Of a DNA stretch of 55,444 nucleotides, positions 8,160 to 16,074 are shown in pieces. A program made the translations under genes and the position numbers. Below the pieces are notes generated by a model that had not been told where the DNA came from, made no database searches, and saw nothing but the letters and a program-made list of their open reading frames with translations. Numbering within the stretch: the first letter of the stretch is position 1; each line of letters opens with the position of its first letter. Source of the stretch: an uncultured Bacillales bacterium (GTDB taxonomy: Bacteria > Bacillota_I > Bacilli_A > RF39 > UBA660); assembly GCA_947168625.1 (NCBI GenBank), contig CAMVMQ010000001.1, positions 1 to 55,444 of the forward strand, read 5' to 3'.

Positions 8160-9473
8160 ATGAAACTTACTAGTGATGTTATTAAGCGTATATCAAGTAT
8201 AAAGAATGAACCAGAGTGGATGCTTAAATTTAGATTAAAAGCATTGGAGTCTTTTAATAGAAGTTCTAATCCTTCTTTTGGACCAAAACTTGATATAGAT
8301 TACGATAGTATTAATTATTATAAAGAAAGAGAAGAAGAGCTTACTGATAATTGGGAAAATTTATCTTGTAATGTTCGTAATCTTTTTGATAATTTAGGAG
8401 TTATTTCTGCGGAAAAAAAGTATCTTGATGGTGTTGGGGCACAATTTGATAGTGAAGTTATTTATCATAATATGAATGAGGAGCTTAGAAAGAAAAAGGT
8501 TATTTTTTGTGATACTGACACGGCATTAAGAGAGCATCCGGAAATTTTTAAAAAATTTTTTAATACTTTAGTTAAATATAATGAGAATAAGTTTACTGCT
8601 TTAAATGGTGCTGTATGGTCTGGTGGTACTTTTATTTATATTCCTCCTGATACTACTCTTGATAGACCTCTTCAAAGTTATTTCCGTATCAATAGCAGGA
8701 ATATGGGTCAGTTTGAAAGAACGCTAATTATTGTTGATGATAATAGTGATCTTCATTATATTGAGGGATGTACTGCTCCTACTTATACAGAAGATGCTCT
8801 TCATGCTGCAGTGGTTGAGATATTTGTTGGAAAGAATGCCAAATGTCGTTATACTACTATTCAAAATTGGTCAAGTGATGTTTATAATTTAGTTACTAAA
8901 CGTGCTATTGTTCTTGATAATGGTCTTATGGAATGGATTGATGGTAATGTTGGCTCGAAGACTAATATGAAATATCCATGTTGTATATTAAAGGGGGATA
9001 ATTCAAGGGGGAGTTGTATTACTGTAGCAGCTGCATCTGAAGGTCAAATTCAAGATAGTGGTGCTAAGATGATTCATTTGGGTAAGAATACGAAGAGTAA
9101 TATTGTATCAAAATCTATTGCATCTGGTGGAGGAACTGCAATATATCGTGGTACTTGTTATATTGGTAAAACTGCTACTAATGCTAAGGCTTCAGTTAAA
9201 TGTGATACTTTAATAGTGGATGATAAATCAAAAAGTGATACAGTACCTTCGAATATTGTTTGCAATAATAGTTCCTTTTTAGAACATGAGGCTACAGTAT
9301 CGAAAATATCTGAGGATAAACTTTTTTATTTGATGAGTAGAGGAATTGATGAAAATAAGGCTAAAGAATTAATTATTATGGGATTTGTTAATGCATTTAG
9401 AGATGAATTGCCAATGGAGTATGCTGTTGAATTGAATAGATTACTTGCTCTAAATGTAGGAGGTAGCAAATGA
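8160..9473 (+). CDS. sufB: Fe-S cluster assembly scaffold protein SufB
   Basis: NEPEWMLKFRLKALE, FTALNGAVWSGGTFIYIPP, YFRINSRNMGQFERTLIIVDD, HYIEGCTAP, YNLVTKRA, GAKMIHLG and ELPMEYAVELNRLL are near-identical to canonical SufB blocks. Confidence 0.85.
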   Translation: MKLTSDVIKRISSIKNEPEWMLKFRLKALESFNRSSNPSFGPKLDIDYDSINYYKEREEELTDNWENLSCNVRNLFDNLGVISAEKKYLDGVGAQFDSEVIYHNMNEELRKKKVIFCDTDTALREHPEIFKKFFNTLVKYNENKFTALNGAVWSGGTFIYIPPDTTLDRPLQSYFRINSRNMGQFERTLIIVDDNSDLHYIEGCTAPTYTEDALHAAVVEIFVGKNAKCRYTTIQNWSSDVYNLVTKRAIVLDNGLMEWIDGNVGSKTNMKYPCCILKGDNSRGSCITVAAASEGQIQDSGAKMIHLGKNTKSNIVSKSIASGGGTAIYRGTCYIGKTATNAKASVKCDTLIVDDKSKSDTVPSNIVCNNSSFLEHEATVSKISEDKLFYLMSRGIDENKAKELIIMGFVNAFRDELPMEYAVELNRLLALNVGGSK

Positions 9474-10750
9474 AAAAAAATTTTATTTGTTTAATTGCTT
9501 TTATAATATTATGTGTTGGTGGTTATTTTATTTATTTGAAGACTAATAAAATTCCGAGAATTGATGTTGAGGAAGAGAAAGCTGAAGTTGATAAGTTTTT
9601 TATTTATGGTAATCATCTTAATTTTTCTGGTTCTCTAAATATTGATAGTGTTAATTATGATGATATTAAGTTAGTTCTTTACAATGGTGAGTATAAAGAG
9701 TTTAATATAAATAGTGAAAAAGAAGGCACTAAGATTATTTTTAATACATCAGACTATATAAATGAAGGAATGTTTATTGATAATCTTGAAAGGAGTACTT
9801 ATTATTTATTTTTAAGGCTAGAATTTAAGAATGAGGAAAAGGAAGATGAACCTATTTATAAATATTTTGTTTTGGACAATAAGACAGATTATGATGAGCT
9901 TATTTATTATTCTTTATCTAAATATAATAATAAGATTATAATATCTAAAGATGATGATTATGGTTCTTTTATGTTTGATGTAATAGAAAATAATGATAAG
10001 GATATTTATGATATAACTATTGATCCAGGACATGGCGGTCTTGATAGTGGAGCATTAGCTGGTAAGTATAAAGAAAGTGATTTTACTATGGATATTAGTA
10101 AAAAGATTAAGTCTTTTTTGGAGAGTGAAGGAATTAAAGTTATGCTTACTCATGATAGTGGTGATATTCCTAACGATAAGACAATGGATGAATATAATGA
10201 GCATGGTAGAGCAGTAATTCCCAATGAGGTTAAATCTAAGTATACTTTTTCAATTCATATTAATAAGAATACTTATAAGGGTGTTAAGGGAATTGAAGTA
10301 TATACCTCTGATTTAATAGATACTACGTTTGCTAAGAATATAGCGGAATCTTTGATTAGTAAAACTGATTTTGGTTATTCATCGAACAAATTGTATAAGG
10401 TGGCAGATGGTGTATATACTCATAATTTTACTGAGAGTGAGATTAGTTCTTCATTAAAAGGGTATAAAGATAAAGGATATAAGGCGTATAATATTACTAC
10501 TAAATCTAATTATTTGTATATGATTAGAGAAACAGGTGGGATTATGACTGGTGCTTATGTTGACAATAGCAATCCTGATAAGGTTGGAGTTAATCCATAC
10601 TATGATAGTAACATGGGAAATGAAAGCTACTTACTTGAAGTTGGATATATGTCTAATGAAGGAGATTTGGATATATTATTTAAGAGTAAAGATGAAATTG
10701 CTAAGGCTATTAGTGATTCTATTTTGGAAGAAGTTAAGATTACTTCGTAA
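9470..10750 (+). CDS. Membrane-anchored N-acetylmuramoyl-L-alanine amidase (Amidase_3 / CwlD-like catalytic domain) with a ~150-aa unknown N-terminal domain
   Basis: ATGA overlap with sufB. N-terminal TM helix. The catalytic blocks are ITIDPGHGGLDSGA, FSIHINK, GIEVY and YMIRETGG. Confidence 0.75.
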   Translation: MKKNFICLIAFIILCVGGYFIYLKTNKIPRIDVEEEKAEVDKFFIYGNHLNFSGSLNIDSVNYDDIKLVLYNGEYKEFNINSEKEGTKIIFNTSDYINEGMFIDNLERSTYYLFLRLEFKNEEKEDEPIYKYFVLDNKTDYDELIYYSLSKYNNKIIISKDDDYGSFMFDVIENNDKDIYDITIDPGHGGLDSGALAGKYKESDFTMDISKKIKSFLESEGIKVMLTHDSGDIPNDKTMDEYNEHGRAVIPNEVKSKYTFSIHINKNTYKGVKGIEVYTSDLIDTTFAKNIAESLISKTDFGYSSNKLYKVADGVYTHNFTESEISSSLKGYKDKGYKAYNITTKSNYLYMIRETGGIMTGAYVDNSNPDKVGVNPYYDSNMGNESYLLEVGYMSNEGDLDILFKSKDEIAKAISDSILEEVKITS

Positions 10751-10938
10751 AAGTGTAAAATAAGTGTAAAGTTTGCAAAATTATTAAAAAACTTTTTTGA
10801 CCATTAAAAAGATTATGAAAAATATTTTTGATGATTAGAGAAGTTTTTTTCTGTATAAAAATGCTTTCTAAAAGAGGTTTTTGATAATTTGATTAGTTTC
10901 TTTATTTTATGTTATATTCGCTTCGAAAGGAGGGAGTT

Positions 10939-11313
10939 ATGGTTAATCAAATTGTTTTAGTAGGAAGAATTGCTAGATCTCCAGAGATTAAAACAACGGA
11001 AACTGGTAAGAAGTACGCTTCACTTACACTTGCTGTTCCAAGGAATTATCGTAATGTTAATGGTGAATATGATACGGATTTTCTGGATTGTACTTTGTGG
11101 ACAAATGTTGCTGAATCTACTAATGAATACTGTAAAACCGGGGACATGATTGGTGTTAAGGGTCGCGTGCAGTCAAGAATTGTTGAGTCTCCAGATGGTG
11201 TTCGAAGAAGAAAAACTGAGATAGTAGCAGAAAGAGTAACTTTTCTTACTTCTAATCCTAATCGAAAAAAAGAAGAAATTGTTGTAGACGAACAAAAAGA
11301 AACGGATGAATAA
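10939..11313 (+). CDS. ssb: Single-stranded DNA-binding protein (secondary, SsbB-like, no acidic C-terminal tip)
   Basis: The ATG at 10939 follows AAGGAGGGAG. MVNQIVLVGRIARSPE...FLDCTLWTNVAE...GVKGRVQSR is an OB fold like SsbA/SsbB. It ends ...EQKETDE without the D-D-D-(I/L)-P-F tip, and it is not flanked by rpsF/rpsR. Confidence 0.85.
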   Translation: MVNQIVLVGRIARSPEIKTTETGKKYASLTLAVPRNYRNVNGEYDTDFLDCTLWTNVAESTNEYCKTGDMIGVKGRVQSRIVESPDGVRRRKTEIVAERVTFLTSNPNRKKEEIVVDEQKETDE

Positions 11314-11326
11314 TCTGTTTCTTTTT
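11296..11326 (+). terminator. Probable terminator after ssb
   Basis: AAAAAGAAACGG ... CTGTTTCTTTTT hairpin with one G-U pair. The stop codon is in the loop and a T-run follows. Confidence 0.45.
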
Positions 11327-11496
11327 AAGTTTTAGTATTATGGTATTTAAATATATTAAATGGTAAATAATAATAATAAATTATTAATATTATATATTGT
11401 TTTCTTTTAAAATATGTAATTAAGGTATATACAAATGTGTTATTTTATTATAAAATAATATTAACAAAGAGATATCGAAGAGATATTTGAAAGGAA

Positions 11497-11868
11497 ATGA
11501 TTATTGTGGTAGGTAAAAGACTAAAGGAAGTTAGAATGAAAAGTGGTTTGTCACAGCAGGCACTTGGTGATTTAATCGGTGTTACTAAGGTATCAATTTG
11601 TGGATATGAAAATGGAACTAGAGTTCCTACTATTGATAATTTAATTAAACTTTCTGATGCACTTAATGTTACAATTGATTATTTACTTGGTAGAGAAGTA
11701 GTAATTATGAATGAAGAAAGTAGATCTTACATCGGCTCTATCTCTTATGAGGATGTTGATTTAATTATGGAACTTAGACATTATCCAAATTTATATAGTA
11801 AGATTTTGAAAGATATTAAAAGATCTGCTAGTCTTATCAACAAAAAAATTGTTGGTGAAAAAAAATAA
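11497..11868 (+). CDS. XRE-family helix-turn-helix transcriptional regulator
   Basis: GKRLKEVRMKSGLSQQALGDLIGVTKVSICGYENGTRVPTIDNLIKLSDALNVTIDYLLG is a classic HTH_3 domain. The GTG at 11506 has better spacing to the RBS than the ATG at 11497. Confidence 0.75.
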   Translation: MIIVVGKRLKEVRMKSGLSQQALGDLIGVTKVSICGYENGTRVPTIDNLIKLSDALNVTIDYLLGREVVIMNEESRSYIGSISYEDVDLIMELRHYPNLYSKILKDIKRSASLINKKIVGEKK

Positions 11869-11943
11869 TTTTTTGGTAAAAAATTCCTTTATTAAAATAG
11901 TATTATTTGTTAATAATAATATTAGGAAAGGAGTTAATTATTT

Positions 11944-12489
11944 ATGAAAAAAGCATTACTTTTAATTGCTGTAATAGCGGTATTATCTGGATGTGGTACT
12001 AATGATACACTTACTTGTACTACTGAGAATAGTCTAGGTAATATAAGTTCTAGTACGACATATAAGATTGATTATAGAGATAATGATGTTAAGATGATGA
12101 CTGTTACTTATGAATATAAAGATGGTCATACTGATGGTGTTGGTACTGGTACTGATGGTACAACAGAAGATGATGATACTACTAATGAAGATAATGGTGC
12201 AGTAGGTGGAATAGTAGGAGAAGCACTAGATGATGTTGTTACTGGTGTTACTAATACAGTTTTAGACCTTGCTGATATTCGTACTAGACATAATACTAGA
12301 TTTGGTAATTATACTAATATAGAAGGATTTAATACGTCTATTGATACGGATAATGATGATGACTATAAGGTAACTTATACGTATGATTTTAATAAGTTAT
12401 CTGATGATGATATTAATACTTTTGGTATTAGTAGAGACTTTGATACTATGCAGAGTATGTATGCTAATCGTGGTTTAACTTGTAGATAA
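11944..12489 (+). CDS. Lipoprotein, possibly DUF1307/YehR-like, with a Thr/Asp/Gly-rich insert
   Basis: Signal peptide with lipobox MKKALLLIAVIAVLSGC. The family guess rests on the overall pattern and the C-terminal ...MYANRGLTC motif. Confidence 0.6.
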   Translation: MKKALLLIAVIAVLSGCGTNDTLTCTTENSLGNISSSTTYKIDYRDNDVKMMTVTYEYKDGHTDGVGTGTDGTTEDDDTTNEDNGAVGGIVGEALDDVVTGVTNTVLDLADIRTRHNTRFGNYTNIEGFNTSIDTDNDDDYKVTYTYDFNKLSDDDINTFGISRDFDTMQSMYANRGLTCR

Positions 12490-12521
12490 AAAGAATGTAA
12501 CTTATTTGGTTACATTCTTTT
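12489..12521. terminator. Bidirectional terminator hairpin between the convergent lipoprotein gene and cotJC
   Basis: Arms AAAGAATGTAAC (12490-12501) and GTTACATTCTTT (12509-12520). A-run on one side and T-run on the other. The 3' arm overlaps the last codons of cotJC. Confidence 0.6.
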
Positions 12522-13062
12522 CGTATTCTTCATATAGTTCTTTAAATCTCGTAAAATGGATTATTTCTCTTTGTCTTAAGAATAATAGTGGTCCTATGAC
12601 ATCTGGGTCATCTGTTAAGTCGAGTAAGTTTTCATATACAGCTCTTGCTTTTTGCTCAGCTGCCATGTCTTCAGAAATATCTGCAAGTGGATCACCAGTT
12701 GTAGCAAAATAAGTTACTGTGAATGGAACACCATTGGCATCAGTTGGATATAGTGCTTTACCGTGTTCAGCGTAATTTCCTTCTAAACCGGCTTTTTTTA
12801 TTTCATCGATAGTTGCATCTTTCATTAATTGATATATCATTGTAGATATCATTTCGACGTGAGCTAATTCTTCTGTACCGATATCTGTTAGAAGAGCTTT
12901 GCCTTTATCATCAGGCATAGTATATCTTTGATTTAAATATCTCCATGCTGCTGCTAATTCGCCATTGCTTCCACCATATTGGGTAATTAAATACTTGGCC
13001 ATTCTTAAGTCTTTTTTCTTGATATTTATCGGATATTCAAGACTTTTAACATATTTCCACAT
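12502..13062 (-). CDS. cotJC: Spore coat protein CotJC (manganese-catalase family)
   Basis: MWKYVKSLEYPINIKKKDLRMAKYLITQYGGSNGELAAAWRYLNQRYTMP...GTEELAHVEMIS is the CotJC signature. The start at 13062 overlaps the cotJB stop (TAATG). Confidence 0.85.
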   Translation of the reverse strand: MWKYVKSLEYPINIKKKDLRMAKYLITQYGGSNGELAAAWRYLNQRYTMPDDKGKALLTDIGTEELAHVEMISTMIYQLMKDATIDEIKKAGLEGNYAEHGKALYPTDANGVPFTVTYFATTGDPLADISEDMAAEQKARAVYENLLDLTDDPDVIGPLLFLRQREIIHFTRFKELYEEYEKNVTK

Positions 13063-13541
13063 TATCTTTGCACCTCCCATGGCCATGGTGATTTTGACCA
13101 TTTCCAATTATTTTTTTGGTCGTTACTATCAATTGTTAAAGGACCATATTTTTCTTCATACATATCTACTAGTCCTTTTTTATTATTTAGATATGTATTA
13201 AATAGATTTAATGTATCTTTATCATTTGGATACATATCTAAATATAAGTTTAAATCTATTAGTGCAAAAGAGTATTCTTGTATTTGCATTAGCATATCTT
13301 CTTTTTCATTACTTGCGGTTAGTTTAGATGGTTTATAGTTTTTGTATCCTTTATAAAGATTTTGGAACATATTTCCTCTTTTAAATCCTTCTTCACTATC
13401 TATATTTTTTTTGTTTTGACCCGATGGTATATTTATGATTTGTTTTTGATAATTTAAATCTTCTATCATCTGATTTGGATTAGTCATATAATTCATATCA
13501 TTGTAACCGTTAATATAATTAAAATAATCATTAAAATTCAT
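13062..13541 (-). CDS. cotJB: CotJB spore coat protein with an N-terminal CotJA-like extension (apparent cotJA-cotJB fusion)
   Basis: The C-terminal half, MLMQIQEYSFALIDLNLYLDMYPNDKDTLNLFN...YGPLT...WKWSKSPWPWE, is CotJB. The N-terminal half contains EGFKRGNMFQNLYKGYKNY, which resembles the CotJA core (aL.kGTlf..LY.pY). AGGGAGGG RBS. Confidence 0.7.
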   Translation of the reverse strand: MNFNDYFNYINGYNDMNYMTNPNQMIEDLNYQKQIINIPSGQNKKNIDSEEGFKRGNMFQNLYKGYKNYKPSKLTASNEKEDMLMQIQEYSFALIDLNLYLDMYPNDKDTLNLFNTYLNNKKGLVDMYEEKYGPLTIDSNDQKNNWKWSKSPWPWEVQR

Positions 13542-13680
13542 TTTTTCCCTCCCTAAAATAGGTTATGTTACTGGTTTATTTGTGTATGGGATAATACCTA
13601 ATATTTAATATATTGAGTTAAAATTTCTTTCTTTTTTTTTGATAGTGGTATATAATAGATAATGTAAGGAGTTGAAGTTG

Positions 13681-14391
13681 ATGGCAAAATTTTGTTCTAA
13701 TTGTGGTAAAGAATTAAATGAAAATGCTGATATTTGTTTAAATTGTGGTGTGGTTTTTAATGGTAATGATAGTAGAACTACTGATGTAAATAATGGTAAG
13801 AAGAAGAGAATGCCTGGATGGGCAATTGCTCTAATTATTGTTTCGTGTTTAATTCCTATTATTGTTTTTGGACTTATAATTGTTTTGATTTTTTCTATTC
13901 CTGATGTTTCAATGGATAAAGCTAAGGAAGTTCATCATAGATATAAGTCAGAATATGAGGATAATTATATTGTTGTATCAGAGGGTACTATTGGAGATAC
14001 TTTGAATTATAATGGTCTAAGTTTTACTTTAAATAGAGTTGAATCTTTTGATAATATTGGAGATGATACTTCTATTGATGGTGATGAATATATTGTATTT
14101 TTTTTAGATATTGTAAACGATTCTGAGGAAGTAAAGAAAATATCTATGATTAATTTTGAAGGTACTAGTGATTTTGACAGTGATATCCCTGAAGTAAATA
14201 TTAGTGATTCTATAGATGGTGTTAATAGCATTTCTTTTGTTAAGAGATTAAGTGCTGGTGATAAGATATCTGGTTATGTAGCTTTTGAAGTTGAAAAAGA
14301 CTGGACAAGTTATGAGCTAATATACCATGATTTATTTGATAATACGGCGATATCTTTTAGTGTTATTAATGATAAGGTAAATAGGGCGTAG
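13681..14391 (+). CDS. Zinc-ribbon / single-TM protein with a DUF4352-like extracytoplasmic domain
   Basis: The ATG at 13681 lies 9 nt after AAGGAG. CSNCGKELNENADICLNCG is a zinc ribbon and there is one TM helix. The C-terminal DEYIVFFLDIVN...GDKISGYVAFEV pattern is typical of DUF4352. Confidence 0.55.
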   Translation: MAKFCSNCGKELNENADICLNCGVVFNGNDSRTTDVNNGKKKRMPGWAIALIIVSCLIPIIVFGLIIVLIFSIPDVSMDKAKEVHHRYKSEYEDNYIVVSEGTIGDTLNYNGLSFTLNRVESFDNIGDDTSIDGDEYIVFFLDIVNDSEEVKKISMINFEGTSDFDSDIPEVNISDSIDGVNSISFVKRLSAGDKISGYVAFEVEKDWTSYELIYHDLFDNTAISFSVINDKVNRA

Positions 14392-14400
14392 GTGATTTAT

Positions 14401-15105
14401 ATGTCTGTTGTTGATATTATTATTCTTATATTTTTAGCATTAGGTGCAGTAGCGGGTTTTAAGGCTGGAGTAATTAAAAAACTTACTGATTTTGTAGGAA
14501 TGTTTGTTATTGTAGTTCTTTCTTTTTACTTAAAGAATAATTTATCTGTTATAATGTATGAGAATTTACCATTTTTTGAATTAGGTGGTAAAATAAAGGA
14601 AATTGAAGTTATAAATATTCTTCTTTATGAGGTAATTGCTTTTATTATTGTATTTTCTTTATTACTTGTTGTATTAAGGCTATTGCTTATGATTACTGGT
14701 ATAATTGAGAAAATACTTAAGGCTACTATTATTCTTAGTATCCCTTCAAAGTTACTAGGGGTATTTGTTGGGTTAATAGAGATGTATGTATATATTTTTG
14801 TTATTTTGGTAATACTATCTTTACCAATATTTAATAATAATTTCCTTAAGGATTCTGAGATAGTAGACTTTATGCTTAATAAGACACCAATATTATCAGA
14901 TAAAACTAATGATGTACTAGATTTATATGATGATGTATATAATATTATTGATGGTAGAAAAGATAGGAGTAATGAAGAGGTAAATACTGAAGTAGTCAAA
15001 TTACTTTTAGATAAAGATGTTGTTACTAAAGAGTCTATTAAAAAACTTGTAGATAGAAATAAATTACATATTAGTGATAATAGTATAATAGAGGAGGATG
15101 ATTAA
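14401..15105 (+). CDS. cvpA: CvpA-family membrane protein
   Basis: The N-terminus MSVVDIIILIFLALGAVAGFKAGVIKKLTDFVG and four hydrophobic helices are typical of CvpA. GGTGA RBS. Confidence 0.65.
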   Translation: MSVVDIIILIFLALGAVAGFKAGVIKKLTDFVGMFVIVVLSFYLKNNLSVIMYENLPFFELGGKIKEIEVINILLYEVIAFIIVFSLLLVVLRLLLMITGIIEKILKATIILSIPSKLLGVFVGLIEMYVYIFVILVILSLPIFNNNFLKDSEIVDFMLNKTPILSDKTNDVLDLYDDVYNIIDGRKDRSNEEVNTEVVKLLLDKDVVTKESIKKLVDRNKLHISDNSIIEEDD

Positions 15106-15107
15106 TT

Positions 15108-15401
15108 ATGGAAGTTATTCATTATGAAAAGGATTTTGCTTCTTTAATAGAGAAAAAAGCAGTAGTGGACTTTTATGCTGAGTGGTGTGGACCATGTAAA
15201 ATGTTTGCTCCTATTTTTGAAGAAGTTGCTGGAGAAAAAGAATTTAATTTTGTTAAAGTTGATACTGATTCTTATGTTGATTTAGCAAGAGAATATGGTG
15301 TCATGAGTATTCCGACAATTATTTTATTTGAAAATGGAAATGAAGTTAAAAGGCATACTGGTTTTATGTCAAGAGAAGAATTTTTAAATTTTTTAGAATA
15401 A
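15108..15401 (+). CDS. trxA: Thioredoxin
   Basis: WCGPCK active site, GVMSIPT motif, 97 aa. Confidence 0.9.
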   Translation: MEVIHYEKDFASLIEKKAVVDFYAEWCGPCKMFAPIFEEVAGEKEFNFVKVDTDSYVDLAREYGVMSIPTIILFENGNEVKRHTGFMSREEFLNFLE

Positions 15402-15402
15402 G

Positions 15403-15429
15403 AGCAATAGTTATATTGCTTTTTTTTTA
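15403..15429 (+). terminator. Rho-independent terminator after trxA
   Basis: AGCAATA / TATTGCT hairpin followed by T9. Confidence 0.65.
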
Positions 15430-15473
15430 TTATTTTGGTATTATTGATTTAGATAAAAATGGATGGTGGTAAT

Positions 15474-16037
15474 ATGGAAACTAAGGGTAATGGTAAGGTT
15501 AGTACTTTTTATGCTTTTATTTTAATTTTAGCGCTTGTTGTAATGACTATTGGTGGTACTTTGACTTATTACACATTAGTTGGTAAAGAAGATGATGATT
15601 CAACAGAAATTAGAACTGGTACTTTATATATTAATTATATAGATGGAAAGAAAATTGATACTTATGATCTTTATCCTATTGATGAACCGGGTATAGATAG
15701 TGATACTTATGTTTATAAGAAGAGGTTTTCAGTGGAGAGTACTGGTACATTAGATCAAACATTAGATATTTATGTTGATGTTACAAAAAATGAGTTTGTA
15801 TCTGGTCATTTAATGTATGCATTATATGACTCTAATAATAATAAAATTAATAGTGGTTCTATTCCTACGAGTGGAAGGCTTCTTATGTCATCCGATGTAT
15901 TCTTAAAGAGTAAGGAAATGAAATCATATACTGTTTTGATATGGCTTAAGGAGACTTTTGAAAATCAAAATAACGAACAAGACTGTCATTTTAATGGTGA
16001 ATTTGATATTGAAGCTGAACAGATTAAATATGAATAA
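15474..16037 (+). CDS. TasA/camelysin-like (SipW-type signal peptide) secreted protein
   Basis: The hydrophobic signal region ends in IGGTLTYYT and is followed by RTGTLYINY (compare TasA GGGTWAAFND...ASGTLDL). The C-terminus FNGEFDIEAEQ resembles TasA LQFSFEATQ. The start is uncertain (15459 or 15474). Confidence 0.45.
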   Translation: METKGNGKVSTFYAFILILALVVMTIGGTLTYYTLVGKEDDDSTEIRTGTLYINYIDGKKIDTYDLYPIDEPGIDSDTYVYKKRFSVESTGTLDQTLDIYVDVTKNEFVSGHLMYALYDSNNNKINSGSIPTSGRLLMSSDVFLKSKEMKSYTVLIWLKETFENQNNEQDCHFNGEFDIEAEQIKYE

Positions 16038-16074
16038 ACTGCTAGTAGTTTTTTCTCTTAGGGAGGTTATTTAG

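Noticed and set aside
9470-9482. An A8 homopolymer immediately after the amidase ATG, considered as a phase-variation slippage tract.
   Set aside because: Runs of 8-9 A or T are common throughout this AT-rich window, for example at 13631-13640, 15420-15429 and 39356-39364. There is no evidence of an alternative frame.
10751-10775. Tandem AAGTGTAAA-at-AAGTGTAAA directly after the amidase stop codon.
   Set aside because: There are only two short copies. They have no associated structure or conserved context that I can evaluate, so this is probably a chance duplication.
7042-12489. Possibility that the conjugative element extends through the ssb and XRE genes to ~12.5 kb.
   Set aside because: The intervening genes (yunB, sufB, a CwlD-like amidase) are core sporulation and housekeeping functions. 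A strong terminator and a change of gene content occur at ~6980.
13581-13617. A CATACACA motif on the minus strand upstream of cotJ, considered as a sigma-E/sigma-K -10 element with ATATT as the -35.
   Set aside because: The spacing from either ATATT copy to CATACA is 18 or 11 nt. That does not fit the mother-cell sigma-factor spacing as I remember it. The sigma-K -10 (CATA-N3-TA) is also only partly matched.
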